From: the human T2T-CHM13v2.0 reference genome, Homo sapiens
Assembly (NCBI RefSeq): GCF_009914755.1
Contig: NC_060934.1
Length of the DNA stretch: 64,000 nt
Reading direction: 5' to 3' (one strand)
The notes beneath the pieces were generated by a model. That model made no database searches. It saw only the letters and a list, made by a program, of their open reading frames with translations, and was not told the origin of the DNA. A program made the translations under genes and the position numbers. Positions 18,880 through 33,568 of this stretch are shown one piece after another. Positions within the stretch are counted from its first letter, which is position 1; each line of letters begins with the position of its first letter.

Positions 18880-19310
18880 TTTCCTTACGAATGAGCCAAC
18901 CTGCAGTTCTTGAGTACCTAAGTGCCAGGACCTCTGCCAGATAAAGGAGGCATCAGTTAGCCTTCATTCCTCATAATCTAGCAGAGAAGGCAAATAATGA
19001 CCCAGTGGATATAACAACATGAGATGATAGATCAAGCGCCCAGTGTTGAGGCAGAATCTAGCAGTGACACATGGCCCAGTCCAAGGAATTCAGGAGGTTT
19101 CTGGAAGGAAGTGATGTTTTAATTGATACCTGAAGGAGAGAAGGATTTTTTTTTTTTAAATGAAGAGGGGAGACGAGAATGTTCCAAGCAGAGAGAACAG
19201 CAAGTTCAAAGGCTCAAAGTGGGGAAAGATGATGTGTTAGAAGGACTGAAAGAAGACTAGCATGGCTGAAAGGCAGAGATGGGGAGGGTGGCAAGAGCTG
19301 AGGCTGTGGT
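18880..19310 (-). mobile_element. L2 fragment
   Basis: ggaaggaagtgatgtttt..gaatgttccaagcagagagaacagcaagttcaaaggc. Confidence 0.7.
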
Positions 19311-19634
19311 GACGATTGTCCCATCTCTCCTGCTCCCACACTTCTCCCTCTTCTCACACTCTTGCCTGTACTAAGGGTCTGCCCTGGAAATACCCAGCCT
19401 TCTCACCACCAAACCCATTTAAAAAATTGCTTCTGTCCCTTTTGTTTTTGAGTATTTTGTTTTGACATATCTCATCAAACACACAGCATTTATTAAGACA
19501 TGAATTAATTACCCCATGTTAATTAAAGTTGTATTTACTTGCTAGTCACAGCTTCCATTAGAATGAGATAGACAGTGTTATCACACAAAGCTGATGGAAG
19601 TTCAGTGCAAAGCATACAGATGTGACAGTCTGTT

Positions 19635-19890
19635 TAATAATACTAGGCATTGCTAATGTTGGTTGAATTCTTGCTATATGCCAGGCACTATATGGTAAAC
19701 ACTTTCTATGCATATCTCTTTTATTCAATCCTCTTGAAACCCTAGGAAGTATCCTATTTTCCAAAGGAGGCAACTGAGCTTTGGAGAGGTTACGTAATTT
19801 GCCTAAAATCTCACAGCTAACAAGGTGTGAACCTGAGATACACACCCATGAGGTGTGACCTTTAATTCTGTACTCCCTTAATGACTCAAT
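19635..19890 (-). mobile_element. MIR
   Basis: tatatgccaggcact..aactgagctttggagaggttacgtaatttgcctaaaatctcacagcta. Confidence 0.8.
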
Positions 19891-20853
19891 TTGTAGTTTC
19901 TGGTCATGCAGATTTACTATAAGTTCATTTTAATTTTTAAAATTATTAAAAATAGCTCTAACATTGTTCCTCCTTCCTTCTCCCCAGTTTGATGCCTTTA
20001 AGGGTGGACAAGGCTTTTATACCTTAAGCTGTTCTTTCTTTGCTTGCAATCCTGAGGTACTCAAGCTGATTACAAGATTCACAAAGTAGGGATCAGATTC
20101 TGAAACCCTCCTCTAGCCATGGGGCATGTGCAAGAGTACCTCATCAAGGCCTTTGGTGTGAATTTTAACTTAAACCTTAGAAAAGGATCTATTTGTGCTA
20201 CTAAGTCAATTTGAAAAGATTTACTATATGCCAGGGGTTCCCTGTGATTTTGCTGAAAAAATGTTGCCACCTTTTTTTGTACATAAAGTACTTGAAAATG
20301 GATACCACAGAGTGCACCATGAAATTCAAGACAAAGAAAATAAAATGCAAATGTTCTCTGCAAAGGTCTAATATGATATTAATAAATCAAAGCTAAAATG
20401 TCCAAATATCCCTAAAAATAATTATAGATGGATTATGTGGTATCAAAATTATGATAAAGTTGGTGAGAGAATTGTTGCCCTTCAATCTGACAAGTGTTCT
20501 ATTCTAAAGTAGAAGACAATACATGAAAGAAATTATTTGTGCCATGCCCAGACAATTGCATTAATTTATTTATTTGTTCCTATGGCAACAGAAGATGAAA
20601 CAAGCTGAGCCTATGTTATGAAATAAACTTTCTGAAAGCAATTATTTTGAATTAAAACCAAATATTAGGTTTCTCCCCAAAACAATGGTGGATAGTAACA
20701 GTGTGATGATGGCTTAAATAGTCTACAGAATTCTTCTATTTCCATAACTAGGAGGGATGTCACTATTTGGACTCAGGACTACGTCCATAACAGGATCTAT
20801 TACTAGTTGTTGCCATCTAAGGTATTTTTCACCACACAAACACCAAACAACTA

Positions 20854-21965
20854 CAGTCATGCATGGCACGATGATGTTTCAGTCAGCGATAGACTGCATA
20901 TATGATGGTGGTCCCATAAGATTTTAATGGAGCTAAAAGATTACCATCGCCTAATGAGGTCATAGCTGTCCTAATGTTGTAGTGCAATGCACTGCTTACA
21001 TGTTTGTGGTGATGCTGGTATAAAGAAACCTACCGTGAGGCTAGTAATATAAAAGTGTAGCACATAAAATTACATACATTATATTATCAAGTACATAATA
21101 CTTGATATGATAATAAATGACTATGTTACTGATTTATGTAATTTTTATGGTTACTTTAGAGTATACTTTTATATCCTCCAGATGAAGGTACTATTATCAT
21201 AGAAGATGACAGTTCCTGAAGACCTTCCAGTGGAACAAGATGTGGAGGTGGAAGACAGTGATATTGATGATCCCGTCCCTGGGTAGGCCTAAGCTGATGT
21301 GTATGTTTGTGTCTTAGTTTTTAATAAAAAAGTTTATTAAGTAAAATAAATGATAATTTTAAAAATAGTGAAAAAAGCTTATAGAATAAGAATATGAAGA
21401 AAGAAAACATTTTTGCACAGCTGTCCAATGTGTTTGTGTTTTAAGCTGTGTTATTACAAAGGAGTCAAAAAGTTTAAAAAATTAAAAAGTTTATAAAGTA
21501 AAAAAGTTACAGTAAGCTAAGACTAAAATTTATTATTAAAGGAACACTTTTAAAAATAAATATGGTGAGGCCTAAGTGCATAATGTTTATAAAGTCTTCA
21601 GCAGAGTACAGTAATGTCACTCACTCACTGATTCACCCAGAGCAACTTCCAATCCTGCAAGCCTCATTCATGGTAAGTGCCCTACACAGATGTACCATTT
21701 TTTATCTTTTATATATTTTTACTGTGCCTTTCTATGTTCGAACATGTTTAGATACACAAATATTGACCATTAAGTTCCAACTGCCTACAGTAGTCAGTGC
21801 ATTAACATGCTGCACAGGTTTGTAGCTTCAGAACAATAGGCTTTACCATATAGCCTAGGTGTGTAGTAGGCTATGCCATCTAAGTCTATGTAAGTACGCT
21901 CTAGGATGTTCCCACAATGATGAAATCACCTTCTCAGAACATATGCCCATTGTTCAGTGTCACAT
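20854..21965. mobile_element. Tigger3b (MER7B)-like DNA transposon
   Basis: TA + cagtcatgc left TIR, ~1.1 kb typical body; right end obscured by a 23 bp duplication. Confidence 0.88.
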
Positions 21966-22334
21966 ATTCCCATTGTTTAGTGATTCTAATATGATTGGGA
22001 GTTAAATAAACTGAGTCAATCAATGACTTCTTGGGATATGTAGAACCAGGAAGGAGGTAATTTAGTTCAAAAAAAAAAACAAGACTTACCAGCAGTGAAT
22101 ATTGAACCAGGCAACTTATGTGGCAGTACTGCCTAAAAATATTTTTTAAAAATATGCAAAGGAAACTAAATAAATCCCATAGTCATACTTCAGCAAGCAA
22201 TCACTAGTTACTGGCAGGTTGAAGGGTCAGGAAGATAAATTATGCTTGTCCCTGACTCCCAGGAGATTTAGGTATTTATAGGTTTCTACTTTTTTAAGAG
22301 CCTCCTTTTCTCCCTCAGATTTTTAAAACTATTA

Positions 22335-23270
22335 TTCTTAATAGGTTTTATTTTTTAGGGCAGTTTTTAGGTTTGCAGCAAAATAAGCAGAAAGTACAGG
22401 GAGTGAATTCCCATATAACCCCTGTCCCTGCATCTGCACAGTTTCCCTCATTGTCAACAGCCTCTGCCAGAGCAGTATATTTGTTAATTTACCAACCTAC
22501 ATTGACATATTGTTATCACTTGAAGTTTATAGTTCACTTTAGGGTTTGCTTTGGAAGACAGTTTTACAGTTTCTTAAAAAGACATTCACACTATACAATC
22601 CCACAATCATGCACCTTGGTATTTATTCAAAGAAAGTAAAACTTGTGTCCATGCAGTAACCTGAACATGGATATTTAATGCAGCCTTCTTTATACCTGCC
22701 AAAACTTGGAAACAACCAAGATATGTCTCAGTAAGTGAATGGATAAACTGTTGTACATCCAAATGATGAAATATTATCTAGCACTAAGAAGAAATGAACT
22801 ATCTAGCCATAAAAAGACATGGAGAAAACCCGAAAAGCATATTACTAAGTGAAAGAAGCCAATATGAAGAGGCTAAATACTGCATGATTCCAACATCCAA
22901 TATGACTTTCTGGAAAAGGTAAACTAAGGTCACAGTGAAAAAAAAATCAGTGGTTGATGGGCGGGAGGCAGAGGAAGGGATGACAGGCAGACCACAGATG
23001 ATTATCAGGGCAGTGAAATTATTCTGAAGAACCTATAATGGTGGATGTATGTCACTACACATTTGTCAAAACACATAAAGTGTATAACACCAGATGCAAA
23101 CCCTAATATGTACACTATGTACATTCAATGATAATGATCTGTCAATATAGGTAAGAAATGTACTACCCTGGCGCAGAATATTGGTAGTGTGGAAGGCAGG
23201 GAGTCAGTGTGGGGAGAGGGTATGTAGAAACTCTCCATACTTTCTGCCCAGTATTACTGTTTAAAAATAA
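22335..23270. mobile_element. Two L1MC1-like 3' fragments back to back (- 22335-22550; + 22551-23270)
   Basis: Both carry the gcaaaccctaa 3'UTR segment, in opposite orientation. Confidence 0.75.
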
Positions 23271-23278
23271 AGAATACA

Positions 23279-23696
<418 letters not shown>

Positions 23697-24289
23697 TCAC
23701 TAAAAGTCTAAGTAAAAATCCTGCAATTTAAAATACATATACATGTTTCAGGGCTGGGTTTTCAGAGCAAGCATTTGTCATAAAAAATGAGATAAAAGGA
23801 AAATCATCATGGAAATGAGTCATAAAGAAGAAAGATAGGAACCCATTTTAGAATTGTAGAAGGGAAATTTAACTCAAAGTTCTAATAAAAGCAACTTTTA
23901 AGTAGGTTTGTCTCACTTCAAAGTACCTTTACACATTCAGTGCAATGTAACTCCAGGAAAGGCTGGGCTCAAAGTAGCGGGAATTAGAATATTTGGAAAA
24001 AGAAAAAGAAGGAGGAAGAGAAGGTGAAGAGTCATGATAATTCTATCCATGAACTGAGTAAATAACTTAGATTTTCCATTTTTCTTATACATCCATTCAA
24101 TATGCTTTGAAGGCCAGATGCTGGGAATATAGAACAAGTCAATTCTTGTCCCAAGGGAACTCACATCCCCTGATAAACATGAATATTATTTTCTTTTAGG
24201 ATATCAGGATGTTTTCCAACCTCTTTGCCCTCATGACCCATCCTTACCTCTCCCTAAACCTCTACCCCTTTCCATAGTATGCTGCTGTG

Positions 24290-24650
24290 TTCCATTTAGA
24301 AAACATCAGCCAAATTCCTTCTCACCTCTGGGTCTGGTCTGTTATGTCTCTCTTGGGGTGTTCCTGTCTCTCTTACACCATTTCAAAGCTTATCTTCTTT
24401 CAAATACCAGCTCTTAAAAGCCTTTCTTGACTACTCCAGTACACACTTACTTGATATCTCATTCCCTGGACTCATTACTTACTGATGGTCAGTGTTCCAG
24501 ATTCTCAATTAATAATTTCAAATGTGCATCTATTATCTCCAAATCCAGGCCATGAGCAATAAAAAATACCCTGTCTTATGTACATTTCCCACAGACTGTC
24601 AGAATACAGGGCATATATGAGGGACTTAGATGTCTTTTAATTGATTTACA
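24290..24650 (+). mobile_element. L2 fragment
   Basis: ttcaaataccagctc..aagcctttcttgactactcca. Confidence 0.5.
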
Positions 24651-26467
24651 TAAAACTTTATTCATGCTAATTAAAGTTTACTATTTGAAAGTGACATGCT
24701 GTTTTTCCAAATAAAGCCCATGTAACTATAAATCTCATGAACTCATAAGTGATTTTAGTAACAACCTTTGAAATTCCTTTCTCCCTTGAGAGACTCCAAA
24801 TAGTAACAGATGAGGCAATCTCGTGCTATAGAAATTTAAAATGAAAGCCATTTACGTTGGTGGCTATTAGGAGAAATATTTTATACCTAATTAGTGCTGA
24901 AAGGCATTTTAAAAGTTTTTTCAAATTGATTATTGTGAAGAGGAACTTGTTGATAATTCCAATTGGTTTAACAAAATTAAATATCTCTAAATTAATAAAA
25001 ATAGCCTTACCACTAACACAGGCTAATCAAAAATTTTTTTTAATTTTAATAAAATTATTAATGTGTTTCATGCCTAGGTAAGAGAAAGACATAATAGCTT
25101 ATACTCCTACAAGTGAAGCAGTAGATATATTTGACTGGAGCCATTAAAACATAGAGAAAATAGCCCCCTCCCCCAAGAAGATATCACAGCACCTTATTTA
25201 GTTTTGGGATATCTTTACTTCTTTTGCTTTACAAACTTCATTCATTATCTATGCCTTTCCTCATTCAGCTTCCCAATAGTTCACAACTGTTTGCTCACAG
25301 AAGTCCCCCACCTTGTAATCTATGATAGCAATTAATAATCATTAAAACCAAGCATAGATGCAAATATTTGTTCTCAAGCAACTCCACTGTGAAAAAAAAT
25401 GCATCAGAAAAAATCTCAGTCTTCAGCGTCCAAGTTAAAAAAGACCAAACCTATGTGCACATTTCGTCTTCCACTCGTGATCCATCTAAATAATACAAAA
25501 TATATTTTTAGAAAAAATAAATACATAACTTCTGGTTTTGACAAAAGGGCATACACTTGACTCTCTATGCTCTTCCTCGTTAATTACAGCTATAAACTCT
25601 GGAAATAATAAAACAGACAATCATAAGAAAATGATGGAAAGAGGTAATCAGACTGACTGGGGTGCAGAACTAAAGAAATAACACATTGTTCCAAGATATC
25701 ACAAATACCCTTCCAGCAGCAGATGATCAGGGTCTGGAATCTAAACTACCAACCAAGCAGCACAAGATATTCCAGGTATACTCCGTCCTGTACCAAAGAG
25801 AGTCCTGCTGACAACAAACACCTAGGCTTTGAGAAATGCTTTTCATCTCTGAAAGCTGGAGACCGCCTTCCCTCATCTAAAGTCACTGTGGACCTGGCCA
25901 GAGGAAGTGCTGTCCATCCTTACAGGGGGAACCATCAGGGATTAGTAGAAGCTTTGGTTTAACAAGACAAAGTAAGCCAAAATAGCACTGCAAAACTTCT
26001 GAAAACTAAACTCTCATTGGAATGACAGCCCACAAAAGTAGTCTGGGAGCTGCATGCCCAACCCAAACAAGATCACTGCCTGTATGAAGAAAATATTTGA
26101 ATAGGAGCCAAAGTCTTTTAACACAATGTTCAGGATACAATAGAATATCACTTATCATACCAACAACCAGAAAAATCACAACATGAATAATAAAAGATAA
26201 AAGATGCCACCTTTATAAATCAGATATTGGAATTATTTGACAAAGATTTTAAAGCAGTCAGCATAAATATGAATCAACAAGCAAAAACAAATTCCTTTGA
26301 AATAAAAACATAGAAAAATCTTATGAAAAAAGAAAATTCTTATAAAAATGGAAATCATATAACTATAAAATACAATAACCAAAACAAAACAAAAACCTCA
26401 GTAGACGGCTCAGTAGAATAAATATGACAAAGAAAAGAGCAAGTAAACTTGAAGGTAGATTTTTTTG

Positions 26468-26655
26468 TTGTTGTTAAATTGTATCCTTTCAAAATTTTTA
26501 TGTTGAAGTCCTAACCCTGAGTACTTAAGAATGTGATGTTATTTGAAATAGAGTATTTACATTTAAGCAAGTTAAAATAAGGTTATTAAGGTAGGTGGGC
26601 CCCAATCCATTATGATGTTGTCCTCATAAAAAGGTGAAATTTGGACACAGACACA
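26468..26655 (+). mobile_element. MLT1 LTR 5' fragment
   Basis: tatgttgaagtcctaaccc..aggtgaaatttggacacagacac. Confidence 0.7.
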
Positions 26656-26698
26656 TTTGGTAGAATGCTCAACAGGTTCTTGCCTTAATGTTCAATAG

Positions 26699-26914
<216 letters not shown>

Positions 26915-27528
26915 TAAATCCTTCTATCACTTAAGTGTGACGAATCCCAGAACAAAGTAAAATAATATTTATAGGAATACAAAAGTATTCAACATCTAGT
27001 AACATAAAATTTACACTAATATAAAATGCATGCAAGGAAGTATGAAAGTATGATCCATAATAAAAATTAAAATAAATTAATTACAAAGAAACTCAGGACT
27101 GACACAGTTGTAAAAATCATCAGAAGAAATTATTATAGTTATTATAAAGGAATTCCATATGTTTAAAAACTAGGGAAAAATTTAATATGCTAACTGGAAA
27201 TGTTGAAGATATAATACAGACCTAAAGTGAACTTCTAACAGTGAAAACTACAATGTCTGAGATGAAAAATGCACTCAATTAAATTAATGGCAGATTGAAC
27301 ATTGGAAAAATAAAAATAGTATATTTAAATGTATAGCAATATAAATTATCTAAAATGAAACACACAGAGAGAAAAAGAGATTGAAAAAAACAAATACAAT
27401 AATCAGTGAGCAGTGGGAAAATCTCAAGCCCCCTAATATTCATGCAACTGGAAGCCCCAACGGTAAGGGAAGGAAGTAAAATATTTAAATAAATATTTGC
27501 TGAAAACTTTCTAATTGTGATGAAAAGT

Positions 27529-27968
<440 letters not shown>

Positions 27969-28359
27969 CTTTCTTGAATCTACGCAACTATAAGCCTGCA
28001 GATTCAAGAGATGCAACACACTCTAAGATTAGAAATATTTTAAAAAGAAAACTATACCAAGGTATGTGATAATTAAATTGTTCAAGACCAGTAATAAGTA
28101 GAAATCTTAGAAGCTAAAGAAAAAAAATTATATACAGAGTAACTAAAAAAAATAATGTCAGCAGATTTCTAATCAGAGATAATGCAAGTGAGAAGACAGT
28201 GGAATACCATTGTGGGGAAAAAAACTGTCAACTCAGAATTCTATATCAAGCAAATTCTTTCAAAAACAAAAGCAACTTTTGGTTTTCGGTTCTGCATGTA
28301 AGGAGCTTGAAAGTTACACTTTATTCTAACAAGTTAAGAGCTAAAAGGTCTGAGAGATT

Positions 28360-28691
<332 letters not shown>

Positions 28692-29163
28692 CTGAGAGAT
28701 CACAACTCTTATTTGATCTGTAAAAGAAGTGAGGATTCAAGGCAAACTGCTTTCTCCAAGATTGCAGGAACAGACAACGAATAAAGAGAATCATAGTTCA
28801 CCAGATTAAAGGCTCATAAACAGAAATTGCCATGGTAACTAGTAACAGGGTAGAACACCTGAACTATACTTGATAAACTGTTGAAGTCTCAGTTTGGACA
28901 AGTCTGAGAGTTAAAAACTTGAAGGAACCCAGTCATAGGGGCCCTCATGCTTCTTTGAGTTTTACCTCCTGGGGCTCAACCAGGTTTTCACAGTAAATAT
29001 TAGAGAAAACTGTCTTATGTTTCCAGCAGGGGGAGGAGAAAAGAGCCATTTTTTAATATATGCCAGAACATTATTTTCTTAACAAGATCTGTACTTGGGA
29101 GAAATTATTTAATAAGAACATAACCCTGCTGGTTTTATCAGAGTCTAACTGACCTAGAGTAAG

Positions 29164-29202
29164 TGTATTAGTGAGGATTCTCTAGGGGAACAGAACTAAT
29201 GG

Positions 29203-29264
<62 letters not shown>

Positions 29265-29647
29265 TTTATTAAGTATTAACTCACACGATCACAAGGTCCT
29301 ACAATAGGCCGTCTGCAGGCTGAGGAGCAAGGAGAGCCAGTCTGAGGTTCTAAAACTGAAGAATTTAGAGTCTGATGTTTGAGGACAGAAAGCATCCAGC
29401 ACAGGAGAATGATGTAGGCTGGAAGGCTAGGCCAGTCTCTCTTTTAATATTTTTCTGCCTGCTTTATATTCTAGCCATGCTGGCAGCTGATTAAATAGTG
29501 CCCACCCAGATTAAGGATGGGTCTACCTTTCCCAGCCCACTGATTCAAATGTTAATCTCCTTTGGCTATACCCTCATAGACACACCCAGGATCAATACTT
29601 TGTATCCTTCAATCCAATCAAGTTGACATTCAGTAATAACCATCATA
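29164..29647 (-). mobile_element. MLT2A1-like 3' LTR of HERV-L
   Basis: tgtattag..aaccatcata; adjoining PPT (reverse aaggggtggacc). Confidence 0.92.
29206..29261. repeat. (AT)~28 perfect microsatellite
   Basis: Read directly from sequence. Confidence 0.98.
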
Positions 29648-32017
29648 GGTCCACCCCTTGTCAACTTGAACCCATACACATCTCCTGAGAGTACACATAA
29701 TCTTCAAATAAAGACAATAATAAGGTCATAATTATGCCTAACATAATACAACAATCCTTCATACAAGGGGAAATGCACCAATCCCTAACTCAAATACTAT
29801 TACATAAAGCAAACAATACTTAAATGCTGATGTGAAGGCAATAAATCTTATGTCACATGATAAAGGAGAAAGGAGATAAAATGAAGATATTTTCTTAGTA
29901 CAAGTGTATACATGCACAAACATGTTTTTAACAAAAGAAGTAGGAAATACTCATGACAATTACAGTCCTTGTTTCTTCAGCTGGTCATGTGGTCATAGCT
30001 GGTATTGATGACTACCTTCTTCTACTACCCATTCTGTATTCCCTTTGCTTTCCGGAAGTACCTCGGCAGGCTGTATTTTTTTTCCTAGTGGAGTGACCCA
30101 AATCTTCATTCTTGAGGGGTCTGGGCCATTTGTAGTGCTGCCTGGATTGGGCCGTTCTAGTTTCCCATTGACCTTAATCACAGCATGGTAATCACTAGCA
30201 TGGTAATACTAAGACATGCCCTAATGGATCTCCTGTCTTCCGTGCATACTCTTCCTTATCTCTATTGTGGAGTGGAATTGTAGACTGATTTCATCTTGAT
30301 ATTCTGGGTCAATCACCCCAGCCAACACTGTAACTCCCTTCTTAGCCTGTTGACTTAAAAGTAGGAGGATCCTGAAGTGTCCAGGTGGCAATCTTAACTT
30401 CCAGTTTAATGGAATCATTGTTGTGTGTACTGGTGACAGCGTTCCTCCCTCTGGAACTAAAACCTCTAGGCCAGCAGAACATAATGTTGTGGGAACAGGG
30501 AGCAAAAATTTTGCTAGTGGATCACTAGGGGCGATGGTGAGTGGTGCCACTTCCACTTCCACCCCTTGCTTCCTGGACCCGTGAATGCTGGCTACAGGAG
30601 AAACAGTACCATATACTGGATGCTGATTCAGAGCATACCCGGCCTTCTGGAGACCTTTGTCCCAGCCCTCCAAAGTATTGTCACCTACTTGGCATGGTAA
30701 TTGTGACTTCAAAAGGCCATCCCATTCTATCAGTCCAGCTGCTTCAGGGTGATGGGGAACACAGTAAGAGCAGTGAATTCCATAACCATGAGCCTACTGC
30801 CACACTTCTTTAGCCCTAAATTGAGTGCCTTGATCAAAGGCAATGCTGTGTGGAATACTATGATGGTGGATAAGGCATTCCGTGAGTCCATGGATGGTAG
30901 TCTTGGCAGAAACATTGTGTGCAAGATAGGAAAACCCATAACCAGACTAAGTGTCTATTCCAGCAAGGACAAACCTTTTCCCTTTCCATGATTCACCTAT
31001 TGGGGTCTGCCAACATCTCCAAACAGCATCCCTATCTGCCACTGACCCCTCAAGCACCATTGGATCTGCTGGGTCATATGGCCCAGGTGGCAGAGCAGCT
31101 TGCACAGCAGCCTGGACTTGTTTCAGAGCCTTCTCCTGTTCTGGACCCCACTCAAAACTGGCAGCCTTTTGGGTCACTTGATAAAAGAGCCAGAGTAACA
31201 AACCCAGATGAGGAATGTGTTGCCTCCAAAATCCAAATAGCCCCACTAGGTGTTGTGCCTCTTTCTTGGTTGTAGGAGAGGCCAATGCAGCAAATTAGCC
31301 TTCAACTTAGAAGGAATATATCAACAAGCCCCATACCACTGGACCCCTAGAAATTTTACTGAGGTAGCAGGTTCCTGAATTTTAGATTTATTTCCCATCC
31401 TCTGGCATGTAAATGTCTCACCAATAAGTCCAGTGTGTTTGCTACTTCTCGCTTACTGGATCCAATCAGCATAATGCCATCAATGTAATAGAACAGTGTG
31501 ATATCTTGAGGAAGCGAAAAGTGATCAAGGTCTATCCAAATAAGATTATGACACAAAGCCGGAGGGTTGATATACCCCTGAGGTAGAACAGTAAAGGTAT
31601 ATTGCTGGCCTTGCCAGCTGAAGGCAAATTGCTTCTGGTGGGCCTTATGGACAGCAATGGAGAAAAAGCTATTTGCCAAGTCAATGGCTGCATACCAGCT
31701 ACCAGATGTGTTAATTTGCTCAAGCAATGAAACCACATCTGGTACAGCAGCTGCAATTGGAGTCACCACTTGGTTAAGCTTACAATAATCCACTGTCTTT
31801 CTCCAAGATCCACCTGTCTTCTGCACAGGCCAAATTAAAGAGTTGAATGGGGATGTGGTGGGAATCACCACCCCTGAGTCTTTCAAGTCCTTGATGGTGG
31901 TGCTAATCTCTGCAGTCCCTCTAAGGATTTAATATTGTTTTTGATTTACTATTTTTCTAGGTAGAGGCAGCTCTAATGGTTTCCATTTGGCCTTTTCCAC
32001 CATAATAGCCCTCACCC
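29648..32017 (-). pseudogene. HERV-L internal fragment: RT, partial integrase, dUTPase; internally deleted and 5' truncated
   Basis: RT ([34 protein letters not shown]), integrase (FVLAGIDT), dUTPase (LLPVPTT..AGVIDPEYQDEI). Confidence 0.93.
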
Positions 32018-32254
32018 AAGGAGAATAACCAACTCCAGTCAGCTCTAGGCTTCCACATCAAAGAAGGAAAATACTCACCTTCAGCCCACTTTAGCTCTTC
32101 ACGTGAAAGAAGGGAAATACTCAACTCTGGCTCACTCTAGCCATTCTCTCCCACCTAACCAGGTATGGTGTGAACTGAAAATCAATTTTAAAGTTCATAG
32201 TCCAGAAGCATCTCTTTAAAAAAACCAAAACTAAACAAACAAACAAAGCAAAGC

Positions 32255-32285
<31 letters not shown>

Positions 32286-33243
32286 ACAAACCATGACCTA
32301 ATTACAGGACTAAAGAATTCTTCTCCTCCCTCCCCACATTTTACCACCACATTAATAAAGGCCTATTTATAGCAGTTTCTTTTATGTGATCCATTATATC
32401 TGGCTATCAAGAAAAAAAAAGCCTAATAACAATTTTAAGTGAAAGGGTAAACATCAGAATCAGAAATGGCGGGATGTTGGAATAGTCAGACTAGGAATTT
32501 AAAACAACAATGATACTATGCTAAGTGGTCTAATGGATAAAATAGCATGCAGGAACAGATGAACAATATAAGCAAACAGATAGGAATTCGAAGAAAGAGC
32601 CAAAATTAAATGACAGAGATAAAAATCAATGTAACAGAAATGAAGAATATTTTTGAAGGGCTTATTAGTATACTGTGCATGGCCGAGAAATTAATCTCTG
32701 AGCTCGAAGGTATCTCAATAGAAACCTTCAAAACTGGAAAGCAAAGAGAACAAAGACAAAAACAAAAAGGCAACAAACCCAGAATACCAAAGGACTGACA
32801 CACAATTACACGAAGTGAAGTAAATACATAATAAAAATGCCAGAAGAGAGAAAGGAACAACAACGACAAAACAATTGAAACAATAATGTCTGAGAATTTT
32901 TCCAAATTAATGTCATACACTAAACCTCAGAACCAGGAAGCTCAGAGAACATTAAACAGGATAAATGCCAAAAAACAAATAAACAAAAAACAACACCTAG
33001 GCACATTATTTTTAAACTACTAAAAATCAAAGATAAAAAAATTCCAAAATGATGCCAGAGGAAAAAACCATCTATAGAGGAACAAAGATAAGAATTACAT
33101 CTAACTTCTCAGAACTCATGCAAGTAAAAAAAGAATTGAATAAAATATTTGAAGTGTTGGAGAAAAAACTCAGCAACATCGAATTCTATACCCTGTGACA
33201 TTTACTTCAAAAGTCAAGGAGAAATAAAGACTTCCTCAGATAA

Positions 33244-33568
<325 letters not shown>

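Noticed and set aside
21939-21982. 23 bp tandem duplication at the Tigger3 end (similar micro-duplications at ~30182, ~42257, ~46222)
   Set aside because: Ordinary slippage-type micro-duplications.
32018-32150. ~45 bp degenerate tandem units
   Set aside because: Intrinsic repeats of the old L1 5' region.
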